Source of the DNA: Candidatus Levyibacteriota bacterium
GTDB lineage: Bacteria; Patescibacteriota; Microgenomatia; Levybacterales; UBA12049
DNA: 64,000 nt
Reading direction: 5' to 3'
Assembly (NCBI GenBank): GCA_963790825.1
Contig: CAWBPM010000002.1
Span: 686,980 to 750,979, forward strand
In this document: positions 51,772 through 62,700 of the stretch, piece by piece
Numbering within the stretch: the stretch's first letter is position 1
How the letters are laid out: each line of letters starts with the position of its first letter
The notes under the pieces: generated by a model
The model's input: only the letters and a program-made list of their open reading frames with translations
Databases searched by the model: none
Told to the model about the DNA's origin: nothing
Made by a program: the position numbers and the translations under genes

Positions 51772-52650
51772 ATGAAAATGGAAAAAATCAAATCATACTT
51801 CATAAATCACATTATGAAAAAGCTCACATTCAGAAAGATAATACTACTATGTTGTGCACTTTGTCTGGTGATCAGTGGCATATTTTACTTCTATACCCGT
51901 GTTTTCGGGGAACAGTCCGGCTCCTCTCCCGATTCCTTGACTACATCACGTCTGAAGACTGTTTCGAATGCAGTTACTTCTCTGAGTTACGGTGCTACCA
52001 CAGCCGGTACATGGGGAGACTGGGGAAGTATGTGGAACAGAACCTATTCAGCAGCACAGGGACAGTTTAACGACGCAAAAGCTAAAGGTAATATGGAAGC
52101 AGGTAGTGGCACAGGAGGCCTTTCTGGTTTTACTCAAGCATTAGGAGGAGTTGATGATTACAACAATAATGGAGGAATGCCTTCCGATACGTATACCAGC
52201 GGGACTTGGACAGCTTGCAATGCCGGTAATAGTTATTGTAATACAAGTAGAAGCGTAGCGGAAAAACAGGACCCCAATACCGGTCTGGTCTGGTCAGCGC
52301 AAATTTCAGCTTCTGCCACCTGGTTCGTCGCAAATAACTGTGTACCTGGCACATGTACGTCTAACGGACAAGCAGGCTGTGTCTGTACGAAGCAAACCGG
52401 AGGAAGCAAAACAGGTTGTGAGGCATATGATGACGGACTCTGGCGTCTTCCTTCCCAGAAAGAGCTGGAGCAGTCCTATATTGACGGATCCAACAGTAAT
52501 TTAACTAATCCTAATTTCAATTACGTGTCTTCTACTACTGAAAGCACGGGTACACAGTATGCGTGGTACATAAAACAAAGCACTGGCAACGCGGACAACT
52601 ATACAAACGCCACTAAGACATTAACTTTCGCTGCAAGATGCGTACGCTGA
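51772..52650 (+). CDS. Secreted DUF1566/C-type-lectin-fold protein, paralog 1
   Basis: DPNTGLVW, WRLPSQKEL, AWY, terminal ARCVR. Confidence 0.82.
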   Translation: MKMEKIKSYFINHIMKKLTFRKIILLCCALCLVISGIFYFYTRVFGEQSGSSPDSLTTSRLKTVSNAVTSLSYGATTAGTWGDWGSMWNRTYSAAQGQFNDAKAKGNMEAGSGTGGLSGFTQALGGVDDYNNNGGMPSDTYTSGTWTACNAGNSYCNTSRSVAEKQDPNTGLVWSAQISASATWFVANNCVPGTCTSNGQAGCVCTKQTGGSKTGCEAYDDGLWRLPSQKELEQSYIDGSNSNLTNPNFNYVSSTTESTGTQYAWYIKQSTGNADNYTNATKTLTFAARCVR

Positions 52651-52653
52651 GTT

Positions 52654-53508
52654 ATGAAAAAGGTTACAAAATATATTAAAAATAAATTTGTAAGTAAATT
52701 GATAATCCGTAAGGCATTCGTTCTGGGGTGTGTTCTTTTTTTAACCGGAATGTGTATATTTTATTATCCTGCCCGTGTTTTTGCAGAACAATCCGGTTCC
52801 TCTCCTGATTCAGGTGTAAATTCGAGACTTTTAACGATTTATAATGCATTAACTGCCCTAAATTACGGCAGTACCACAGCTGGAACATGGGGAGACTGGG
52901 GAAATATGTGGAACCGTGTCTACTCAGCAGCACAGGGACAGTTTAACGACGCAAAAGCGAAAGGCATGAAATCCGGTAGCGGCACAGGAGGCCTCTCAGC
53001 TTTCACTCAGGTACTAGGAGGAGTTGATGATTATAACAATGGCGGAGGGACGCCTTCTAATTCGTATACCAGCGGAACATGGACAACCTGTAATGCCGGC
53101 AACAGTTATTGCGGAACAGGCAGGAGTGTAGCGGAAAAACAGGATCCAAATACCGGTCTTGTTTGGTCACCGCGACTCAGTGGCCTTACGAACTGGTACA
53201 AGGCAAATAACTGTTCTAATAGCGATGGCAATCCCTGTGTAAAGAGAATGAGCGCCCAAACAGGTTGTGAGGGTTATGATGATCTTAACTGGCGTCTTCC
53301 TTCCCAGAAAGAACTGATGCAATCTTATATTGACGGATCCAACAGTAATTTATCCAATCCTAGTAACAATTACTGGTCGTCTAATACCAGCAGCACAGGT
53401 ACTACGTATGCTTGGTACATAGACCTGAACAACGGCTACGCGGCCAACTACAACACTGCCAATGGTAAAAGTTGGGGTCTCTCCGTCTATGCAAGGTGTG
53501 TACGCTAG
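52654..53508 (+). CDS. Secreted DUF1566/C-type-lectin-fold protein, paralog 2
   Basis: DPNTGLVW, WRLPSQKEL, YWSS, AWY, ARCVR. Confidence 0.85.
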   Translation: MKKVTKYIKNKFVSKLIIRKAFVLGCVLFLTGMCIFYYPARVFAEQSGSSPDSGVNSRLLTIYNALTALNYGSTTAGTWGDWGNMWNRVYSAAQGQFNDAKAKGMKSGSGTGGLSAFTQVLGGVDDYNNGGGTPSNSYTSGTWTTCNAGNSYCGTGRSVAEKQDPNTGLVWSPRLSGLTNWYKANNCSNSDGNPCVKRMSAQTGCEGYDDLNWRLPSQKELMQSYIDGSNSNLSNPSNNYWSSNTSSTGTTYAWYIDLNNGYAANYNTANGKSWGLSVYARCVR

Positions 53509-53741
53509 ATTTACTCTATAATTATTAAATTTGAATAACTGTTTCAGTTTTATAAATTCTGCCTCTATATTTAGTATATAAGTAGTATTGCTTAGCAAAC
53601 AAGAACTATGAATGATAATTGCTAAATTATTTCATTGTTAAATTGTTTCGCTTTTCTCCATATATATTTTAATAATTCGCCGCTACTTCGTAGCTAGTCC
53701 CCTTGGGAGATAGTAATTTAATAATGAGTGGACTGTCTTCG

Positions 53742-56700
53742 TTAGTTTACGATCCACCAGCTGACTTTAACGTCACTTGCTTGAGACTTACTTAGGGTAA
53801 TTGTGAAGCTAGTTGCGTCATTGGCTTTGCTGCCAACCGGCACAGGCGTATCTGAAGTAGTGAAAATTCGAGATTTCGCTGTCAGAGCAGTAGTCGTTAC
53901 GACCGCTTGTGTCCCCCCTGCTTTAATCACGACATCTCCCAAACTCGCACTTGCGCTGTCGGAATTGTCAATATTTACCTTATGAGCAGTCAGTACTCCT
54001 TGGGTTGTAATGTCTCCGTTGGTCTTGATTACTACGCTATTGTTCTCAAGCTCGATATTGGCAAGACCTTCGGATTGTAACTGTAGGGGTTGAGAAATAG
54101 TATCAATAGTACCGTTTAGTCCGTCAATTGTAGTTACTCCCGCAGTAATAGTTCCTGTTACTCCCAGATCGTTTAGGGTAGTTCTTCCCAGTACTTCCAG
54201 CTGTCCTGATACTGTTGCATCCTGCATATCCAGACTTCCGACGTCTGCGAATGTTCCGCTGCCTGAGGCAATTAAGCTACTTAGGAGTGGACTCTGGAGC
54301 ATTGAGGTTAGGAATGCACTCTGAGAAGCCAGTTGATTCTCCTGATCTGACAGATTATTTACCTGTCCGGAGAGAGAAGTGATCTCGCTTCCTTGTTGAG
54401 ACGTGGTATTCTCCAGATTCGTCAATCTTGCTTCGTCGGTGGCACCGAGCGTCTCCGGTTCCGTTTGACTCGATTGAGCCGGCGGCTCGCTAACTGTAGC
54501 TACATAACCGGAATTACTATTGTTCGCCGTACTTGTATAAACATTACCGCTTGCAGTAATAAAGGTAGACGGAGCAAACAAGGTTGGCCCAACCAAGACT
54601 TCAATCGTCCCCACCCCTGAATCGGAATAACTTTGTAGGGCTTTACCTACGACCTTACCAAATGTCGTTGCCTTTACGCCGACACCCTGAGTATTAGACA
54701 AGGTAATATAATCCCCTGCTTGAATTGGTCCATTGTCTGTAGAAACTAGAGTATTAACTTCTCCCGATAAACCGATAGTGATTGATGCATTTCCTTGGTC
54801 TTGTCCTCCGACGAAACCGGGATATTCTGAAGCCACACCGACAATATCACCGCTTGTATTACTACTCCCGCAAGGATGTACTATTCCGTTTGTATCTTCA
54901 CAAAGTATTGAACCCCACGGAATTGTTTCATTCGGATCCTTAGATAAATATTCTGCCAAGTCCGCAATACCTGATGTTTTCCATGTCACTCCTGTACCAT
55001 TTGCTTGAGCACTACCCCTTAGATTTCCATTTCCATCTAACAGATTAATAAAGTGGTCTTCGCTGTTATTCGTAATAGCTGTATAACCCAGCTGAACCAG
55101 GAGCCCTACAGGACCGCTATTACCTACTCCTGAAGTACTATTTAAATTATATATTCTTGCAGATGCAGTTGCTGACTGATTATCCTGTACATCAAGTGCT
55201 AATCCAGGCGTTGCAGTTCCTATCCCTACTTTGTATGTTGGTTGTACGGTCAATTGTCCCGAGATGGTCGCTGCACCGTTAACACTGAAAGCTTGGGAAT
55301 TAACTATTACGTTTCCGGAGTTATAAGTACCCAGTGTCAGGTCACTTGAAGTATAGAGATCTCCTGCTTGAAGCGTCAAAGCGGACGACGATTTTATAAA
55401 CGATGCTGTAGGATTGGTGAAATCCAAATCATAAGCCATTGTCGTATCTCCGGGGGCGGTAAATTGTACCGGTAGATTACCTAAAATTTGACTCTGTGAA
55501 ACTGAAAAGTCTGTGGAGCCGTTATCCATAATATTAAAGATATTAGCAATTGAACCATTCGCTCCGCTTGCGTTTGCTCCGACATTGAGGTCTAGTACGT
55601 CTCCTGTAGATGTAGTTGCACTTCCGGGGTTATAGCTGAAGTATCCCAGAGCTCCGTTGGTAGTCAACCCGGTTGAGGTAGAACTAATATCCAAACCATA
55701 TCCGGTAGTTAAGGAGTTGGCGTTAAGCATATCGGCAATACCGGTTGAAGCATTGCTGTTCTGGATAATACTTCCGTCATTCTGGATTACAAACCTTGTT
55801 GCACCGCTCACGGAAGCAGTAAAGATATCTCCGTTTCCTGAGTTATCAACCACCAGTGCTGCAGCTGAAGTCTTGCCTGAGATTGAGGCAACAGGAGTAA
55901 TTCCAGATAAAGTTGTATTCCCAACACCACGTACATCAAGAATTGCATTTGGGCTGGAAGAATTAATTCCTATATCACCCGAAGAGTCGATAGCAAATCT
56001 ATTTGCAGCAGCGGTCTGATCAGTAATTGCGAAGGTACCATTGGCTACGTAAGGTCCATCGCCTATCCTCCAAGCTCTTCCGTTAGTGCCTGTATTAGTA
56101 ATCCAAATTTCAGAGCCTGGGGAACTTGTATCACTGCCACTAATTTGCAGCGCTGCACCCGGAATACTCGTCCCAATTCCGACCCATCCGCTGTTATTAA
56201 CTACAAACCTTGTTGCACCGCTTACAGAAGCGGTAAAGAGATCTCCCTTCCCTGAGTTACTAACTACCAGGGCAGAATAGGAAGTATTCGCTGCTATGGA
56301 AGCAACCGGAGAGGTACCGGCAAGAGTTGAACCGTAGACATGGAAGGTAGCGGAGGGAGTTGAAATTCCGCCCAGGAGTAGATCAACCGTCGCATTCTTT
56401 GGAGAAATTGTTCCATTAACTTGATTCCAGAGATTAACTCCGGGAGAAGTATCGCAAGCTCCCCAGGTAGGAGCAGCACTAGTATTGGCAAGCAAGCATT
56501 GTGCAGTTGTTCCCATAGCAAGGGCTCCGCCTAAGACTCCGGTAGACGTGTAGTACGGGAGAGCGTATTGGGCAGCTGCACTATTGTTGAATCCTGTACC
56601 GCCGTACTGACTGGTGATAAGTGTTGCGTTCCAGGTACCAGTGGTGATAGTACCGGTATTGGCAGTAATTGCTAATCCATTAATTGTTCCTAGTCCGGTA

Positions 56701-59700
56701 ATGATTTGTGAGTTTCCGGTAATTTGACCTATTAAGGTATGTGCTCCCAGTTGTAAGGTGCCGGAAGAGGCAGAAATTATGTGGTTACCGGTACCTGTGG
56801 AGAAAGTAAGTCCCGCACCATTTCCCGTTAGGGTAAGACCGGTGGTACCGGACGAGGTGATATCCGTTCCTTGGATAGTGCTACTAGTATTAATCGTACC
56901 AAAACCAGTTGTAATAGATCCCGCGGAGAGAGCACTGACTGTTGTCAGGGAGGAGGAGGTAACACCGGTTCCCAGGGTTGTACCCGAAAGAACATCGGTA
57001 CTATTAATCTTGAAGGTAGAGCCGGTTGAGAGATTAAGATTACCGGCAATATCCAGTTTCTGGGTTGGAAGACTGGTACCGATTCCTACGTTACCACTCT
57101 GAGTGATAACAAATCTACTAAGTCCCGAGGAAGAAGCGGTAAAGAGATCTCCCTTCCCTGAGTTATTAACTACCAATGCAGCATAGGCAGTAGTCGCTGC
57201 TATGGAAGCAACCGGATTTATTCCTTCTGCGGTTGTACCATAGATATGGAAATTAGCGGAGGAAGTACTAACTCCACCCAGGAGTAGATCCTGAGTAATA
57301 TTAGATTGTATAATAGTTCCTCCCGAACTGACGAATCCTCCGCATGTTCCCCAAGTAGGAGCAGCACTACTGTTACTATTCAAGCATTGTCCGGTTGTTC
57401 CGACTGCCAAAGTTCCGCCTAAGACTCCGGTTGCCGAGTAGTACGGGAGAGCGTATTGGGCAGCTACACTATTGTTGAATCCTGTACCGCCGTACTGACT
57501 GGTGATAAGTGTTGCGTTCCAGGTACCGGAGGTGAGTGTTCCGACTGTTGTCAGGGAGGAGGAGGTAACACCGGTTCCCAGGGTTGTTGAGGAGAGAACG
57601 CTGTTGCCGGCGATCTGGTAAGCACCGCTGACACTGTTAAGGTTACCCGAGTGGTCAAGGGTAAAGACCGTAGTACCGGATGCACTGGCAGTCAGGATAT
57701 TCTGGTTGCCGGTTTCATTAAGTGAGACTAAGGCTTTACCGGTTTGTTTCCCGTTGACTTCCAGCTGGAAGTTAGTGGTAGCATTACCGCCGAGAATGAG
57801 TTTATCAGTATTGGTAGCGGCATTTCCGGGTGAGATGACGTTTGAGGTATCTGTCCAGTAGTTGGTAGTTCCGGCACAGTTACCGGTTGAGAGACAGAGA
57901 GTACCGCTGGCATCCGGAATAGTAAGGGTTCTGGTATTTCCGGTAGTAATTCCTGAGAGCTGGAAGGCAAGCTTTTTAGTACTGTCTAAATTATTCTGGA
58001 AGAGAGTGGAGCTATCGGTTAGGGTTTTATTGGTTAGAGTGTCTGTACTGGCACGTCCGACAATAGTATCGGACACGGACGGGAAAGTTAAGGTGGTACC
58101 ATCGGTTCCGGCAAAGGTAAGGTTATTGTTGACAGTCAGGATTTTCCCGGCAGCAATGGAAAGAGTATTAGTACCGTTATTGGTGATTGTTAAACCATTA
58201 ACTGTTCCTGAGGCAGTAAGGTTACCCGAGTGGTCAAGGGTAAAGACCGTAGTACCGGATGCACTGGCAGTCAGGATATTCTGGTTGCCGGTTTCATTAA
58301 GTGAGACTAAGGCTTTACCGGTTTGTTTCCCGTTGACTTCCAGCTGGAAGTTAGTGGTAGCATTACCGCCGAGAATGAGTTTATCAGTATTGGTAGCGGC
58401 ATTTCCGGGTGAGATGACGTTTGAGGTATCTGTCCAGTAGTTGGTAGTTCCGGCACAGTTACCGGTTGAGAGACAGAGAGTACCGCTGGCATCCGGAATA
58501 GTAAGGGTTCTGGTATTTCCGGTAGTAATTCCTGAGAGCTGGAAGGCAAGCTTTTTAGTACTGTCTAAATTATTCTGGAAGAGAGTGGAGCTATCGGTTA
58601 GGGTTTTATTGGTTAGAGTGTCTGTACTGGCACGTCCGACAATAGTATCGGACACGGACGGGAAAGTTAAGGTGGTACCATCGGTTCCGGCAAAGGTAAG
58701 GTTATTGTTGACAGTCAGGATTTTCCCGGCAGCAATGGAAAGAGTATTAGTACCGTTATTGGTGATTGTTAAACCATTAACTGTTCCTGAGGCAGTAAGG
58801 TTACCCGAGTGGTCAAGGGTAAAGACCGTAGTACCGGATGCACTGGCAGTCAGGATATTCTGGTTGCCGGTTTCATTAAGTGAGACTAAGGCTTTACCGG
58901 TTTGTTTCCCGTTGACTTCCAGCTGGAAGTTAGTGGTAGCATTACCGCCGAGAATGAGTTTATCAGTATTGGTAGCGGCATTTCCGGGTGAGATGACGTT
59001 TGAGGTATCTGTCCAGTAGTTGGTAGTTCCGGCACAGTTACCGGTTGAGAGACAGAGAGTACCGCTGGCATCCGGAATAGTAAGGGTTCTGGTATTTCCG
59101 GTAGTAATTCCTGAGAGCTGGAAGGCAAGCTTTTTAGTACTGTCTAAATTATTCTGGAAGAGAGTGGAGCTATCGGTTAGGGTTTTATTGGTTAGAGTGT
59201 CTGTACTGGCACGTCCGACAATAGTATCGGACACGGACGGGAAAGTTAAGGTGGTACCATCGGTTCCGGCAAAGGTAAGGTTATTGTTGACAGTCAGGAT
59301 TTTCCCGGCAGCAATGGAAAGAGTATTAGTACCGTTATTGGTGATTGTTAAACCATTAACTGTTCCTGAGGCAGTAAGGTTACCCGAGTGGTCAAGGGTA
59401 AAGACCGTAGTACCGGATGCACTGGCAGTCAGGATATTCTGGTTGCCGGTTTCATTAAGTGAGACTAAGGCTTTACCGGTTTGTTTCCCGTTGACTTCCA
59501 GCTGGAAGTTAGTGGTAGCATTACCGCCGAGAATGAGTTTATCAGTATTGGTAGCGGCATTTCCGGGTGAGATGACGTTTGAGGTATCTGTCCAGTAGTT
59601 GGTAGTTCCGGCACAGTTACCGGTTGAGAGACAGAGAGTACCGCTGGCATCCGGAATAGTAAGGGTTCTGGTATTTCCGGTAGTAATTCCTGAGAGCTGG

Positions 59701-62700
59701 AAGGCAAGCTTTTTAGTACTGTCTAAATTATTCTGGAAGAGAGTGGAGCTATCGGTTAGGGTTTTATTGGTTAGAGTGTCTGTACTGGCACGTCCGACAA
59801 TAGTATCGGACACGGACGGGAAAGTTAAGGTGGTACCATCGGTTCCGGCAAAGGTAAGGTTATTGTTGACAGTCAGGATTTTCCCGGCAGCAATGGAAAG
59901 AGTATTAGTACCGTTATTGGTGATTGTTAAACCATTAACTGTTCCTGAGGCAGTAAGGTTACCCGAGCGGTCAAGGGTAAAGACCGTAGTACCGGATGCA
60001 CTGGCAGTCAGGATATTCTGGTTGCCGGTTTCATTAAGAATAGTAAGGGCTTTCCCCGTTACTTTCCCTTCAACATCGAGTTTTGATACCGGAGTTATCC
60101 CTACGCCAAGCAGTTTATTAGTACTGTCAAAGTACAAGGTAGAATCAGACGAGATAGTACTACTACCAGTAAAGAAAGCCAACTGGTTGGCAACTCCACC
60201 TGAAGCTGTAACTCCGCTCGTACCGGTACAAGATCCCCAAGAAGGAACAGCAGTGACACCTCCCGATACCAGGCAGGAACCGATTGCTACATCCGAGAGT
60301 TTCCCCCAGGTATTTGTTCCCGATCCGTAGAGAAGATCTCCGGTGGTAACGGTTGTCTGTCCTGTACCGCCGTAGAGTGTACCTATAGCACTTCCCTGCC
60401 AAGTACCAGTACCAATTGTCCCGACCGTTGTCAGGGAGGAGGAGGTAACACCGGTTCCCAGGGTTGTTGAGGAGAGAACGCTGTTACCGGCGATCTGGTA
60501 AGCACCGCTGACACTGTTAAGGTTACCCGAGTGGTCAAGGGTAAAGACCGTAGTACCGGATGCACTGGCAGTCAGGATATTCTGGTTGCCGGTTTCATTA
60601 AGTGAGACTAAGGCTTTACCGGTTTGTTTCCCGTTGACTTCCAGCTGGAAGTTAGTGGTAGCATTACCGCCGAGAATGAGTTTATCAGTATTGGTAGCGG
60701 CATTTCCGGGTGAGATGACGTTTGAGGTATCTGTCCAGTAGTTGGTAGTTCCGGCACAGTTACCGGTTGAGAGACAGAGAGTACCGCTGGCATCCGGAAT
60801 AGTAAGGGTTCTGGTATTTCCGGTAGTAATTCCTGAGAGCTGGAAGGCAAGCTTTTTAGTACTGTCTAAATTATTCTGGAAGAGAGTGGAGCTATCGGTT
60901 AGGGTTTTATTGGTTAGAGTGTCTGTACTGGCACGTCCGACAATAGTATCGGACACGGACGGGAAAGTTAAGGTGGTACCATCGGTTCCGGCAAAGGTAA
61001 GGTTATTGTTGACAGTCAGGATTTTCCCGGCAGCAATGGAAAGAGTATTAGTACCGTTATTGGTGATTGTTAAACCATTAACTGTTCCTGAGGCAGTAAG
61101 GTTACCCGAGTGGTCAAGGGTAAAGACCGTAGTACCGGATGCACTGGCAGTCAGGATATTCTGGTTGCCGGTTTCATTAAGTGAGACTAAGGCTTTACCG
61201 GTTTGTTTCCCGTTGACTTCCAGCTGGAAGTTAGTGGTAGCATTACCGCCGAGAATGAGTTTATCAGTATTGGTAGCGGCATTTCCGGGTGAGATGACGT
61301 TTGAGGTATCTGTCCAGTAGTTGGTAGTTCCGGCACAGTTACCGGTTGAGAGACAGAGAGTACCGCTGGCATCCGGAATAGTAAGGGTTCTGGTATTTCC
61401 GGTAGTAATTCCTGAGAGCTGGAAGGCAAGCTTTTTAGTACTGTCTAAATTATTCTGGAAGAGAGTGGAGCTATCGGTTAGGGTTTTATTGGTTAGAGTG
61501 TCTGTACTGGCACGTCCGACAATAGTATCGGACACGGACGGGAAAGTTAAGGTGGTACCATCGGTTCCGGCAAAGGTAAGGTTATTGTTGACAGTCAGGA
61601 TTTTCCCGGCAGCAATGGAAAGAGTATTAGTACCGTTATTGGTGATTGTTAAACCATTAACTGTTCCTGAGGCAGTAAGGTTACCCGAGTGGTCAAGGGT
61701 AAAGACCGTAGTACCGGATGCACTGGCAGTCAGGATATTCTGGTTGCCGGTTTCATTAAGCGAGACTAAGGCTTTACCGGTTTGTTTCCCGTTGACTTCC
61801 AGCTGGAAGTTAGTGGTAGCATTACCGCCGAGAATGAGTTTATCAGTATTGGTAGCGGCATTTCCGGGTGAGATGACGTTTGAGGTATCTGTCCAGTAGT
61901 TGGTAGTTCCGGCACAGTTACCGGTTGAGAGACAGAGAGTACCGCTGGCATCCGGAATAGTAAGGGTTCTGGTATTTCCGGTAGTAATTCCTGAGAGCTG
62001 GAAGGCAAGCTTTTTAGTACTGTCTAAATTATTCTGGAAGAGAGTGGAGCTATCGGTTAGGGTTTTATTGGTTAGAGTGTCTGTACTGGCACGTCCGACA
62101 ATAGTATCGGACACGGACGGGAAAGTTAAGGTGGTACCATCGGTTCCGGCAAAGGTAAGGTTATTGTTGACAGTCAGGATTTTCCCGGCAGCAATGGAAA
62201 GAGTATTAGTACCGTTATTGGTGATTGTTAAACCATTAACTGTTCCTGAGGCAGTAAGGTTACCCGAGCGGTCAAGGGTAAAGACCGTAGTACCGGATGC
62301 ACTGGCAGTCAGGATATTCTGGTTGCCGGTTTCATTAAGTGAGACTAAGGCTTTACCGGTTTGTTTCCCGTTGACTTCCAGCCTGAAGTTAGTCGTAGTT
62401 CCCGAGTCAGCCAGGAGGAGTGAATCGCTGGCTGTTGCCGGAGAGAGGGTAGTGGTATTTCTCTGGAAGTAATTGGTGCCCAGTCCGGTACAAGACGACC
62501 AGCTTGGTGCAGCAGTGGTATTGCCAACCAGACATTGTCCGGTTGTTCCGACTGCCAAAGTTCCGCCTAAGACTCCGGTTGCCGAGTAGTACGGGAGAGC
62601 GTATTGGGCAGCTGCACTATTGTTGAATCCTGTACCGCCGTACTGACTGGTGATAAGTGTTGCGTTCCAGGTACCGGAGGTGAGTGTTCCGACTGTTGTC

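Noticed and set aside
57728-62472. Repeated 192-aa (+) and 80-aa (-) ORFs
   Set aside because: Antisense or alternate frames of the 579-bp repeat in the giant gene
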